Positions 41,668 through 50,629 of a DNA stretch of 64,000 nucleotides are shown here, one piece after another (the stretch's first letter is position 1; every line of letters begins with the position of its first letter). The notes beneath the pieces were generated by a model that searched no databases, was not told where the DNA came from, and saw only the letters and a list, made by a program, of their open reading frames with translations. Source of the DNA: Chitinophagales bacterium. GTDB lineage: Bacteria > Bacteroidota > Bacteroidia > Chitinophagales > LD1. The translations under genes were made by a program, and so were the position numbers. The stretch is taken from NCBI GenBank assembly GCA_016786765.1, contig JAEUUZ010000022.1, forward strand, positions 34,443 through 98,442, read 5' to 3'.

Positions 41668-42462
41668 TTAAATTTTATCTACAAATTCTCTCATCATTTG
41701 TTGTTTTCTTTTTCGATTTAATTCAGGTGATTCTTGTTGAAGATACTCAAGCCCAAAAAACAAATTTCCCTGTTTGCGATTTTGGCGAGGTTCAATGGTC
41801 TCAATTAATATAGCCTCTAAAAGGTCGCCTAATTCTTTAACTGTTAGTTTTTCGAATTTTAAATCCTTTTTAAGTTTACCCGACTCAATAACTGGGTGGA
41901 AGCCAAACCAAGAAAACCGATTCCAACGACCAGCCAACCTATCGGATATATGGTTTTTTAAACGCTGACCAAGCGTTTGGTCTATGGCTTGACCTACATA
42001 AATTGTTTCTCTACCATCATGTAACAGATAAACGCCAATTTGATCTTTAAAACTCACTGCTGTAGCACCTGCTTGCTGAACACCAAGAATATCGGGGGTA
42101 GTAACCCAGTCCACTAAACTTCTATCCCAATAAATACCAAATGAATTAATAATTCTTGTTTTCTCTAGTTCTGTATTTGTAACTTTTTTGGTCTTGATTT
42201 CATCAGCGGTTATTAAAGATGCATCATCTAAATATTTTCGGAGGATATAATATCCTTTACTAAAGCGTGTAAAAATCGATTTCCCTTTATTGGTATTAAT
42301 ATCCGTAGTTATAGTTGCACTTACTGTATCAGAGGGTGTTGCCCCTAAACTTTTACGATAACCTCGCTCGGCAATTAGCTCTGCAATTTCTGTGTAATGA
42401 AGTGCTCTTTTTTCTTCTTCAAACACTCTCACAATTGCGTCTTTCCATTTTAAGTCTACCAT
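41668..42462 (-). CDS. HARE-HTH (winged helix) + GIY-YIG-like nuclease domain protein
   Basis: N-terminus WKDAIVRVF...LHYTEIAELI...GATPSDTV; C-terminus IGVYLLHDGRETIYVGQA...RLKNH...E. Confidence 0.75.
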   Translation of the reverse strand: MVDLKWKDAIVRVFEEEKRALHYTEIAELIAERGYRKSLGATPSDTVSATITTDINTNKGKSIFTRFSKGYYILRKYLDDASLITADEIKTKKVTNTELEKTRIINSFGIYWDRSLVDWVTTPDILGVQQAGATAVSFKDQIGVYLLHDGRETIYVGQAIDQTLGQRLKNHISDRLAGRWNRFSWFGFHPVIESGKLKKDLKFEKLTVKELGDLLEAILIETIEPRQNRKQGNLFFGLEYLQQESPELNRKRKQQMMREFVDKI

Positions 42463-42475
42463 ATCTTTTTATATT

Positions 42476-45400
42476 TTATGCTTTTTCAATTATCGCTATT
42501 TCTTCTTTGCTCAACTCGTAAAGACTATAAACCAAATGGTCTATTTGTCTTTCTAAATCTTTTGCATTGGCATTATTATTTAATTTCTTCTCTTTCATTA
42601 CTAGTTTAACCTTTTCTAGAATTGCATTTTCTAGATTATAGTCAACTGTTTTTGGTAATGGAAACGGATTTAAATAATTGGTCTTAAATGTTCTAGCATC
42701 TCCTTGTAATGTGTCGCCAGTAGTTTTAAGAAACCACCAAAGTAATTTTGAATTAGCTATTGCCAATAGATACTCGTAACTCTCTTTTGTTTCTTCTTTT
42801 TTAACCCAACTATATGCTTTCGTGGTATGATATAGGTTTTCGTGATTTAAAGTTACATTCGGATGGTTGGCACAAATTTCCATTGAAGAAAGTTTTGGTT
42901 GCTCAAACTTGTTTAGGTTTTTAGGATAAATGTAAGTATGCCAATGTTCCATTTTTCCTGCCTTCCCACTTTCTCTTTCTTTAAATATGTTTTCGTGGTC
43001 AATTACATATTGATATGTTTTCGGAAACTTTTCTTTTATCTCTTCAATGCTAATTATTTCTGCATTTCCATTAACTATTTTGTATGGGAAAAACACAAAG
43101 CGATTAGTTGTTAAATAACTGTAGCGTTGCACATCTTTACCCATTAAAAATGGCTTAAACAACTCTTTTTCTAGCTCGTATTCTTTACCACTAATTGGAA
43201 CTCGTAATTTAAAACGTATGTTATCAAGAATTTCTAAAACATACAATTCATCTCTACTTGTTTGTAATCCCACAAAGATACCTTCAAAGGCATCAGAAAA
43301 TAGTTTTGACTTAGTGTAAATTTTCTCAAATACATTAAATCCCAATTTAGCATCAAATAATATCCATTGGTTAGTGCCATACAAAGCCGAAGCTTTTTCA
43401 ATCATCTCATATGTTATAAAAGTGTAAAGAGATGGTTGCAACATTAAATTCTTAAAGTCTGATTTGAAAGGGAAGCGTTGAAAATAAAATCCTTTACTTG
43501 GCTTCTTACTAAATTGGGCAACACAAGTATAGGTATCAGCATCTTCAAATACCATATTTGCACCAAAGTGCGCAATTGTATCGATAAACTGACCTGTTTT
43601 TAGATAATCCCTAAAGACTTCAGAAGAGGAAGCATTAAAGAATTTGTGAGGGAAAATATAAGCGTTATTGCTTGTTTTTCTTGAAATATTTACTGCTAAT
43701 TCAAAGAATATATTTGCTATGTCGTATGCAGCTTTTGCATTTTTGTATTGTGACTCGTAATAGATTTTTTGTTTTGGTTGTGATGCTTGTATTTCTTGTA
43801 CTCTCATATAAGGAGGATTTCCAATCACCACGTCAAATCCCACAAAATCTCCAATATCATTTAGCACTTCAGGGAATTCAAACCGCCATTCAAATGCGTT
43901 TTCAAAAATTTTGTTGGATTTTATTTCTTCTATTTCGACTTTTAATTTTTGCACCTCGCCCCATAATTTCTCTTCTCGTTCTTTGGCTTTTTTCTTGTCT
44001 GCTTTTGAGCCATATGTCGCTGCATCTTCTTTAAAAATACTAGGAGCTACTAAAACGCCATAATCATATTCTAACTTCACCAATTTTTGAATCTTAGGGT
44101 CGTTTCGCGCTATCTCACTTCTAAAATCAGATTTTATATCTGCAATCAAACGCTCCATTTCTCTTTTCTGTTCCTTGCTTTCAGCGTTCCTATAAGTGTC
44201 AACGGCTATACGGTAAGTATCGATTGTCCACTTACTTTTTTTAAGCGCTTGCTTCAAATCAGCATCAATAGCAAAGCGGCTTACTAATGAGTTACCGCAT
44301 TTTATATTGATGTCGATGTTTGGAAGTGTTTCTAATTCTGTGTGGTTTTTGTAATAGGCATTTTTCAATAGCTCAATCCATAAACGTAAGCGACAAATTT
44401 TTACTGAGTTGGGATTGATGTCCACCCCAAAAAGACAGTTTTCAATAATGGTTTGCTTTTCGTGGAAAAGGGTTTCTTGAATGCGCTGACTTTCCTTGTT
44501 TGTAGGGTTGTAGTCGAATAGTTCGCCTTCTTCGTCTATAACAATCAGTTCATCGTTCACCACTTCAACATGGTATTCCTTTAGTCGTTTGCCTGTTCGG
44601 TCTTGTAAGATTTTCAGGTCGTTTTTAACCGCAATCATTTCATTAAGTGCCGAAACTAAAAAGTGCCCGGAACCTACAGCAGGGTCACAAATTTTGATGC
44701 TGTTTACAATTTCGTTGGCTTCTTTGCGGTCTTCAATTTTATCGTATAATTCTTGAATGCTTGTGCAACTCCATTTTTTAGTTTCGTTAAATTTCTGTAT
44801 TACCGCTTTGCGAATAGTTTCCTTGCACATATACATGGTAATGAACCCCGGTGTAAAGAATGAACCGTCTTTGTAGCCATTTATTTTCTCAAAGATTAAG
44901 CCGAGAACAGAAGCATTGATCAATGATTTATTATCTTCTTGAATTTCTTCTGAACCTTCGCTTGTAAAGTCGTAAGCGTTTAAGAATTCAAACAAATATT
45001 CTAATGTATTAATACTTCCGGTTCGTTTTTTGCCTTGTTCGTTTTTGAGAACGGTAGATGGAAAAACAGGAATTGTTTTATCATCTTTCAAGTTGCTGAT
45101 AATCAAAGTTACTTGCTCAATTTCGGTAGGTTCAAATAGTGAACTGTTTAAGTAAGGAACCTTTTCAAATGCTTTTTTTACGTCTTGGTTCCTATCGTCA
45201 TACTTACGCGCCAGCACTTGGAAAAACAAACTGTTTAAATCGTCATAGTTTTTTATTTTATCTAAACTTAGAAAGGCATACGATTTGTCGCCTTTGTGAT
45301 AAGTGAGCAATTGAGCTTCCAACAATTTAAGAAACAAAATTCTGTTTATCCAAGTAATGCTTAATTCAAGTCCCACATTGAATAACCGTTCTTGTTGTGT

Positions 45401-46330
45401 GTTTCCAAATTGGCTTGGTTTTTCTAAGCGGTTTATTTTGTCTAAGCTATCGAGCTGAATGATTGTATCTTCAAGAATACTACCCGAATTGCGTTCACCT
45501 TCTTTGTTTCGTTCAATTAGTTTTTTGCTTCCCTCTTTGGTTTCGGTTAAGCCAATAATGTGGAGCAACTCGCTGTAAAAGCGCTTATCAAGACTATTGC
45601 TATCGTTAGTAAATGGAAGTTTTAAAAGATGCTCTGGCGATAACAGTTTGAATAAAGAAATTAACGAATTATCGTCTGCTTTGTCGGCATTGCGAAGCGC
45701 TTTTTGATAGTCCTGAATATTGAAGTATGTAAATTCAATTTCAACTTTGATGGTGTCAATAAATGGCTCAGCAATTTGTTTGTAGAAAAAATCGGTTTTA
45801 GTATCAGCTAAACGCCCACCTTCAAAGTCGTTGAATTGCTTCACCAAGTTTTTATTTTGGGCAAAAAGTCTGTCGAATAGGGTAGCATCAAAAATGAACC
45901 ATTCGTTTATGTTGGTCGCCACCAAATATTTTACTTCAAGATTTTTGTGTGTTATTCTTTCTCGTAAGTAGTAAAGCACTAATTCCTGAAACGCTTTCGC
46001 ATTCATTTTTTTAGTGCTAATCATTTCCGTTTTGTTGGTCGGTTTTTTAGCTTCAATAATTACACCCACGGAACTTTTAGCCGAATTTCCATTATGAATA
46101 ACAAGGTCGTTTCGGCCTTTGGTATTAACGAAATGATTAGGGTCGTAATAAGTTTTCTTTAAAAAGTCAATCACCAGGTTTTTATGGAACTCTTCGCTTT
46201 CGGTGTCGTTTGTACTGTCGAGTAAAGCAATTAGATTAGTCTTGAACCCTTCAATTTCAGACCTGTTCGGTTTAACTTTTAGAAAGGCTTTGTTGAGCGC
46301 TTTTTTGGGTTTCAATTCTTTTAATTCCAT
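42476..46330 (-). CDS. Type IIG restriction-modification enzyme (fused endonuclease + adenine MTase + TRD; Eco57I/TaqI-C-like)
   Basis: PD-(D/E)xK-like NDLVI...IIEAKK; SAM motif ICDPAVGSGHFL; catalytic GNPPY; C-terminal TRD. ATG at 46330 preferred over GTG at 46441. Confidence 0.92.
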   Translation of the reverse strand: MELKELKPKKALNKAFLKVKPNRSEIEGFKTNLIALLDSTNDTESEEFHKNLVIDFLKKTYYDPNHFVNTKGRNDLVIHNGNSAKSSVGVIIEAKKPTNKTEMISTKKMNAKAFQELVLYYLRERITHKNLEVKYLVATNINEWFIFDATLFDRLFAQNKNLVKQFNDFEGGRLADTKTDFFYKQIAEPFIDTIKVEIEFTYFNIQDYQKALRNADKADDNSLISLFKLLSPEHLLKLPFTNDSNSLDKRFYSELLHIIGLTETKEGSKKLIERNKEGERNSGSILEDTIIQLDSLDKINRLEKPSQFGNTQQERLFNVGLELSITWINRILFLKLLEAQLLTYHKGDKSYAFLSLDKIKNYDDLNSLFFQVLARKYDDRNQDVKKAFEKVPYLNSSLFEPTEIEQVTLIISNLKDDKTIPVFPSTVLKNEQGKKRTGSINTLEYLFEFLNAYDFTSEGSEEIQEDNKSLINASVLGLIFEKINGYKDGSFFTPGFITMYMCKETIRKAVIQKFNETKKWSCTSIQELYDKIEDRKEANEIVNSIKICDPAVGSGHFLVSALNEMIAVKNDLKILQDRTGKRLKEYHVEVVNDELIVIDEEGELFDYNPTNKESQRIQETLFHEKQTIIENCLFGVDINPNSVKICRLRLWIELLKNAYYKNHTELETLPNIDINIKCGNSLVSRFAIDADLKQALKKSKWTIDTYRIAVDTYRNAESKEQKREMERLIADIKSDFRSEIARNDPKIQKLVKLEYDYGVLVAPSIFKEDAATYGSKADKKKAKEREEKLWGEVQKLKVEIEEIKSNKIFENAFEWRFEFPEVLNDIGDFVGFDVVIGNPPYMRVQEIQASQPKQKIYYESQYKNAKAAYDIANIFFELAVNISRKTSNNAYIFPHKFFNASSSEVFRDYLKTGQFIDTIAHFGANMVFEDADTYTCVAQFSKKPSKGFYFQRFPFKSDFKNLMLQPSLYTFITYEMIEKASALYGTNQWILFDAKLGFNVFEKIYTKSKLFSDAFEGIFVGLQTSRDELYVLEILDNIRFKLRVPISGKEYELEKELFKPFLMGKDVQRYSYLTTNRFVFFPYKIVNGNAEIISIEEIKEKFPKTYQYVIDHENIFKERESGKAGKMEHWHTYIYPKNLNKFEQPKLSSMEICANHPNVTLNHENLYHTTKAYSWVKKEETKESYEYLLAIANSKLLWWFLKTTGDTLQGDARTFKTNYLNPFPLPKTVDYNLENAILEKVKLVMKEKKLNNNANAKDLERQIDHLVYSLYELSKEEIAIIEKA

Positions 46331-46419
46331 AGTATTTAATGTTCCTTCTTTGGCTGGGTAAAATAAGTTTTTTATTGTGAAACGTTTTGAGTGTATTATA
46401 AAAGGTGATTTTTCCTCCT

Positions 46420-46445
46420 TTGGTTGGTGTTCCGCCACCAACCAA
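46420..46445. repeat. REP-like palindrome TTGGTTGGTG-TTCCGC-CACCAACCAA
   Basis: Perfect 10-bp stem. Identical core at 47377-47398, inverted variant at 50800-50825, variant at 37668-37690. Confidence 0.85.
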
Positions 46446-46610
46446 AACTAAAGCGGCACAATTTAGCCAACCACAATCCTAAAAAAAACTTGCACTATTT
46501 TAAAGACGAAGAAAGTTAGAAAGCAGCCCCACTACTCGCTTGCCGTGGAAAGGCTCCTTTCGTGGAGCTGTTTCAGTATGTTTTACTTTGTAGTTGACCC
46601 CTTCGTAAAT

Positions 46611-46699
46611 AAAAAAAAGCCAACTACCTGTTTGAAGTCCCATACCTCCTTACGGATGCGTTTCAAACTATCATAGTTGGCTTAGTAGATGTAAAGATA
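46611..46699 (-). ncRNA. Candidate structured leader or small RNA ending in a U-tract
   Basis: On the minus strand: TATCTTTA box, then AGCCAACTA...TTTGAA...TTCAAA...TAGTTGGCT followed by T8. Confidence 0.4.
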
Positions 46700-46819
46700 A
46701 GTTTTTCTCAATGGTTAGTGTCACCACGGACCATCAGCGGAATGTAAATAGTTTCGTTTCGTGATGAAAAGAATCAATGGAAAGCAATTGCAAGAGCGCG
46801 ACAGCGAGGTAATCAATCA

Positions 46820-47308
46820 TTAGAATGTCCAAGTGATGGAATAGCATTGAGGTAATGCACCCGATGTGGTAGTATAATCAGATGGGTATATAGCATATCC
46901 ACTATATTGAAGAGCTCTTAATGAATAGCTGCTATTCGCTGGCCTTGTTACGGAAAGTGTACTGCCTGCTGCACAACGGCCAACATATACGCTGTTCACA
47001 TAACAGTCGTATGGGTTGCTTTTTGTGCTACTAAATACAAGCCATCCTGTATTATTTATTTGACAGGCCGGTGTGCTTGTGTATGTACAAGATCCGTTAT
47101 TAACTGTTGCATATTGATTATAGTTTGTTGCACTTGGGTCTGTACAGCCATATACAACTGCCGGATATTTGCAACTTCCATCATCTTCATCTGCCTTACT
47201 ATTGTAATTTGTTGCACTTGGATTGGTACAACCTCGAATAGCTTTTTTACAAGAACTAACAGTAATTAATGCACTTGCAAATAGTGCAAAGAATAATAAT
47301 CTTTTCAT
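46820..47308 (-). CDS. Lipoprotein with two GCTxPxAxNYN...GSCxY repeats
   Basis: Lipobox VSSC; repeats GCTNPSATNYNSKADEDDGSCKY and GCTDPSATNYNQYATVNNGSCTY. Confidence 0.85.
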   Translation of the reverse strand: MKRLLFFALFASALITVSSCKKAIRGCTNPSATNYNSKADEDDGSCKYPAVVYGCTDPSATNYNQYATVNNGSCTYTSTPACQINNTGWLVFSSTKSNPYDCYVNSVYVGRCAAGSTLSVTRPANSSYSLRALQYSGYAIYPSDYTTTSGALPQCYSITWTF

Positions 47309-47428
47309 TGGATTTAGGGTTAAAGGGTTAACTAATTAATGCTCAATTATAAATAATATTATTTACACTTCCCTTAGGTTGGTGTTCCGCCACCAACCAA
47401 AACCCACTCCAAATCTAAGCCGGTTTAC

Positions 47429-47725
47429 CAAAAATATGAACCGAGCCTATTGAAAACCCAAACTTACCCACTCTAAACGCAAGCCCTTTAACCTAAAACA
47501 TGAACCTACCCCACCCCAAACATGAACTTACCCTATCGAAAACATAAACCGACCCTACCAGGAGGGTGGGGGTAGCCACCTTTCGGGTAGGGTCGGTTGT
47601 CCTATTTGCACCCCTAAGTTTACCTTTTGGGTAGGGTAGGTTCACCTTTTGGGTGGGTACCCCCACCCTTAGGGGTGGGGGTAGTTTACCTTTTACCTAC
47701 CCTCGGTTCATGTTTTGGGTAGGTA
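47429..47725. repeat. Degenerate ~22-bp-period repeat array arranged as two inverted arms
   Basis: Left arm A(T/C)(G/A)AAC-type cores at 47436, 47458, 47479, 47500, 47522, 47544. Right arm GTT(C/T)A-type cores at about 47574, 47596, 47618, 47640, 47662, 47684, 47706. Confidence 0.7.
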
Positions 47726-47732
47726 AACCCGT

Positions 47733-48218
47733 TTATGGTGTGGTTGTTTCCGTTGTAGACCCGCCTTGGTTAGCAAATCTCGATTTTAACAAATCGTAAA
47801 TGGTATCGGCACCCGATACACCTGCATTCGCTGCCGCCTCAAAATTACGGTAGGCTGCCAATGCTGATACATAGGCTTCGCTTCCAGCTAATAATTGGGT
47901 ATCGCTAATGCGTTCTGCGAGTTGGTTTACAATTGTATAGATCTCATCGAGTTGCACAAAGAGGGTCATGTCTTTTTGCATTTCTGCCACATTAAAGTAG
48001 GCAGGCAATAAGGTTGGGTTATTCACCATCGAGTTAATGGCATCTTCGGTAAAGGCTTTGTTGGAAACATTGATTTTAGGCAATGCAGTTCGCTCTTCTA
48101 CCGTTAAGCCTACTAAAAAGGGCATATTGGTTTGAATGGTTTGAATAGCTGTTTTTACAGCGGTGATTTGTGCCGCAGTCATAGTAATGCTGAGGCGGTT
48201 GTTGGTGATGTTCGCCAT
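47733..48218 (-). CDS. Conserved helical hypothetical protein (161 aa)
   Basis: MPFLVGLTVEER..LPKI...LPAYF...DTQLLAGSEAY..AL..Y resembles a widespread uncharacterised family as I recall it. ATG at 48218 preferred. Confidence 0.8.
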   Translation of the reverse strand: MANITNNRLSITMTAAQITAVKTAIQTIQTNMPFLVGLTVEERTALPKINVSNKAFTEDAINSMVNNPTLLPAYFNVAEMQKDMTLFVQLDEIYTIVNQLAERISDTQLLAGSEAYVSALAAYRNFEAAANAGVSGADTIYDLLKSRFANQGGSTTETTTP

Positions 48219-48453
48219 AGTAATTGGTTTTGTTGTGCCTACTCTTTGATCCCCTTTTCGGCATCCGGGGTTATTTATTTTGCAATAGGGTGAAGGCAAA
48301 CAGGACGCTTACCTACGTGAAATAAAACTAAAATGGGTTTATGAAAAAAACAAGCGAGTTTGGGTTAGGGGAGGGGCAAGGGTGTGGGGTAAAACTTAGC
48401 TCAAACTTAGAATTGAATATAGTTATAGCCATTAAGGCTACCCCTACATTTTC

Positions 48454-48531
48454 CGTAGAAATACTTAGATTTTGCGTAGAAATACGCAAAGTGCTGTTGC
48501 GTAGAAATACGGAAAAAATGCGTAGAAATAC
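48454..48531. repeat. Four direct copies of CGTAGAAATAC
   Basis: Starts at 48454, 48475, 48500 and 48521; copies 2-4 form CGTA-GAAA-TACG mini-hairpins. Confidence 0.85.
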
Positions 48532-48699
48532 GGTTGGAATTGTGGGGGGGAAAGGGGAGGTTTGGGGTTTAGTAATAAGTGTATCTAGTTGGACTGTGAC
48601 GAAACAAACTAAGAAATGAATAGTTTAACTGGTCTATGCGTATTGTTTACTTTGAACATTTCTTCATTTTTTAAAAATCATTTTAACTACAATTAAGTA

Positions 48700-50007
48700 A
48701 TGAGACTTTTCGACAATTATCTTAACGGACTTAATGATGTGCTATCAAGAAAAGTAGCAATAACACCGAAACTACTACAAGAGCAGAGGATGTTTAGCAA
48801 TGACTTTCAAAAAGGAGTTAATCCAACGCCAATAAACGAAAGCATACAAAATTTTCCTGCTGCAATTGAAGGGCCCAAAGTACTATTCTCGTATGATAAA
48901 AGATTTCTTGAAGATAAATTTGGGATTAATCCACATTCATTTACATCTATAGCAATCGGCCCACACCCTGACTTTAAAGAATTGGCAGATACAAATTATA
49001 TCAACCATCATTGTGTTTCTGTTTTTGTAGATATAAAGGGCTCGACAAGACTTATTGAAAAATACACTTTACTTGAAGTAAGACTTATAAAAGACTCATT
49101 GTTAACATTGGCAATACAGGTTGCTAACCAATTTGGCGGTCACGTTCATAGACTTCAAGGAGATGGTATTTTTCTTCAATTTGTAAGACGTAACAAAAAT
49201 GAAAATGATGCAATTATTAACGCTTTAAACGCATCGTCAATTTTGACACAATTTGTAACAAAAGACCTTGCAGAGATTATGAAACAGTATGAATTGCGCC
49301 CATTAAAGATAAGAGTTGGTATTGACTTTGGGAATACCGAGCAAGTATTATGGTCATATTATGGCATCCCTGGTTGTAATGAGTTAACCACCACAAGCTT
49401 ACATACTGATATGGCGGCTAAACTTCAATCAAAAGCTCATGATAATAGTATTTTAATTGGTGGAAATATAAAAGAGAAGTTGGATTTAAAGACGGATTTT
49501 TATAGTATATATGAAACTGAAGATAGCAAAGAAAAAGTATTCTACATTTCCAACCAGTTTACTTATAAATTTTACGTTTTTAATTGGCAGGATTATTTGG
49601 TTTCACTTCCTTATATGGGAAAAAGTAGTGATGGAAAGACACTTGAAGTGAGAGAAAAACAAGTCCAAATTGAATGTTACATTTCAGATGAAAACGGAAG
49701 CAATTATGAAAAATATTTTCCCAATTCCCGTTCAATACCTAAGGGCAAAAAGATTATATTTCATTTGAAGCGTGGCAGTTCTTTGTATATAAAACAATCT
49801 TATGAGAAGATAGAATGGTATGCATATAATTCAGGGCAAGAAGCAGAAAGCAAAAATATGGCTCAACATGACTTTAATAAATCAAACCATGATAAAGTAT
49901 CTTGTGAGACATCAGCAGCTTATCTTGGACACCATTATGTGGAGTGCAAAATAATTACTAACCATAATGGGACAGAGAAATTGACATTCCCAATATTTGT
50001 TCAGTAA
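48700..50007 (+). CDS. pycC: Pycsar pyrimidine nucleotide cyclase with AGS-C-like C-terminal domain
   Basis: Class III cyclase fold FVDIKGSTRL, HRLQGDG, IRVGIDFG, and TDMAAKLQ in place of the canonical NxAARL; C-terminal beta-rich domain; followed by a TM effector gene. Confidence 0.85.
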   Translation: MRLFDNYLNGLNDVLSRKVAITPKLLQEQRMFSNDFQKGVNPTPINESIQNFPAAIEGPKVLFSYDKRFLEDKFGINPHSFTSIAIGPHPDFKELADTNYINHHCVSVFVDIKGSTRLIEKYTLLEVRLIKDSLLTLAIQVANQFGGHVHRLQGDGIFLQFVRRNKNENDAIINALNASSILTQFVTKDLAEIMKQYELRPLKIRVGIDFGNTEQVLWSYYGIPGCNELTTTSLHTDMAAKLQSKAHDNSILIGGNIKEKLDLKTDFYSIYETEDSKEKVFYISNQFTYKFYVFNWQDYLVSLPYMGKSSDGKTLEVREKQVQIECYISDENGSNYEKYFPNSRSIPKGKKIIFHLKRGSSLYIKQSYEKIEWYAYNSGQEAESKNMAQHDFNKSNHDKVSCETSAAYLGHHYVECKIITNHNGTEKLTFPIFVQ

Positions 50008-50116
50008 ATGTCTTAAAAAACACTTCTCTGATTTAGACTAATTTACAGGGAATTGTTTCGAAATCGCAACTTAATTCAGTATCAAATTTTGGATGTAACT
50101 TAAAACCAAATATACT

Positions 50117-50629
50117 ATGGACGAAATAAAAAAAAATCAAAATCTGAACAATCCGAAGCCAGTTGGAGAGACGCCAGAGGGCTTTGGAAAAGGTGTTAAT
50201 GACTACTTCAATCACTACGTAACTGTAGCTGATGCAAAAGCAGGAGCTATATTGGCAGCAAATTTTATTTTGCTAGGAGGTTTAATAGATATTAGTTTAT
50301 GCGATTGCATTTTAGTTCCTTATTTATTGTCCGGTATTGCAAGTATAGCATCAATTATCTTCTGTGGTATCGTTCTATATCCAAGATTAGCAAAAGCAGA
50401 AAAGGGGTTTATCTTTTGGGAAAATATTAAAAGTTACAACTCAATTAATGAGTACTTAAATGATGTTCGACAACTAGACATTCCTAAAGTTGAGGAGGAA
50501 TATGCAATGCAAAATTGGCATGTTAGTAAAATACTTTCAAGTAAGAACAAGTATGTTAGAATAGCTATCACTTTATTTATTATTTCATTGATTTTTTTTG
50601 TTGTAACATTTCTTCTTAAAAAATTATGA
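50117..50629 (+). CDS. pycTM: Pycsar transmembrane effector (PycTM/DUF5706-like)
   Basis: NHYVTVADAKAGAIL, TM helices, LYPRL, FIFWENI, QNWHVSKILSSKNKYVR. Confidence 0.85.
   Translation: MDEIKKNQNLNNPKPVGETPEGFGKGVNDYFNHYVTVADAKAGAILAANFILLGGLIDISLCDCILVPYLLSGIASIASIIFCGIVLYPRLAKAEKGFIFWENIKSYNSINEYLNDVRQLDIPKVEEEYAMQNWHVSKILSSKNKYVRIAITLFIISLIFFVVTFLLKKL

Noticed and set aside
48285-48325. c-di-GMP-I riboswitch (GGCAAAC...GGACGC)
   Set aside because: The P2 hairpin with GAAA loop between the two motifs is absent, and the orientation does not fit the nearest gene.
48341-48619. 92-aa ORF
   Set aside because: Runs through low-complexity G-rich sequence and the CGTAGAAATAC repeats; no protein-like features.
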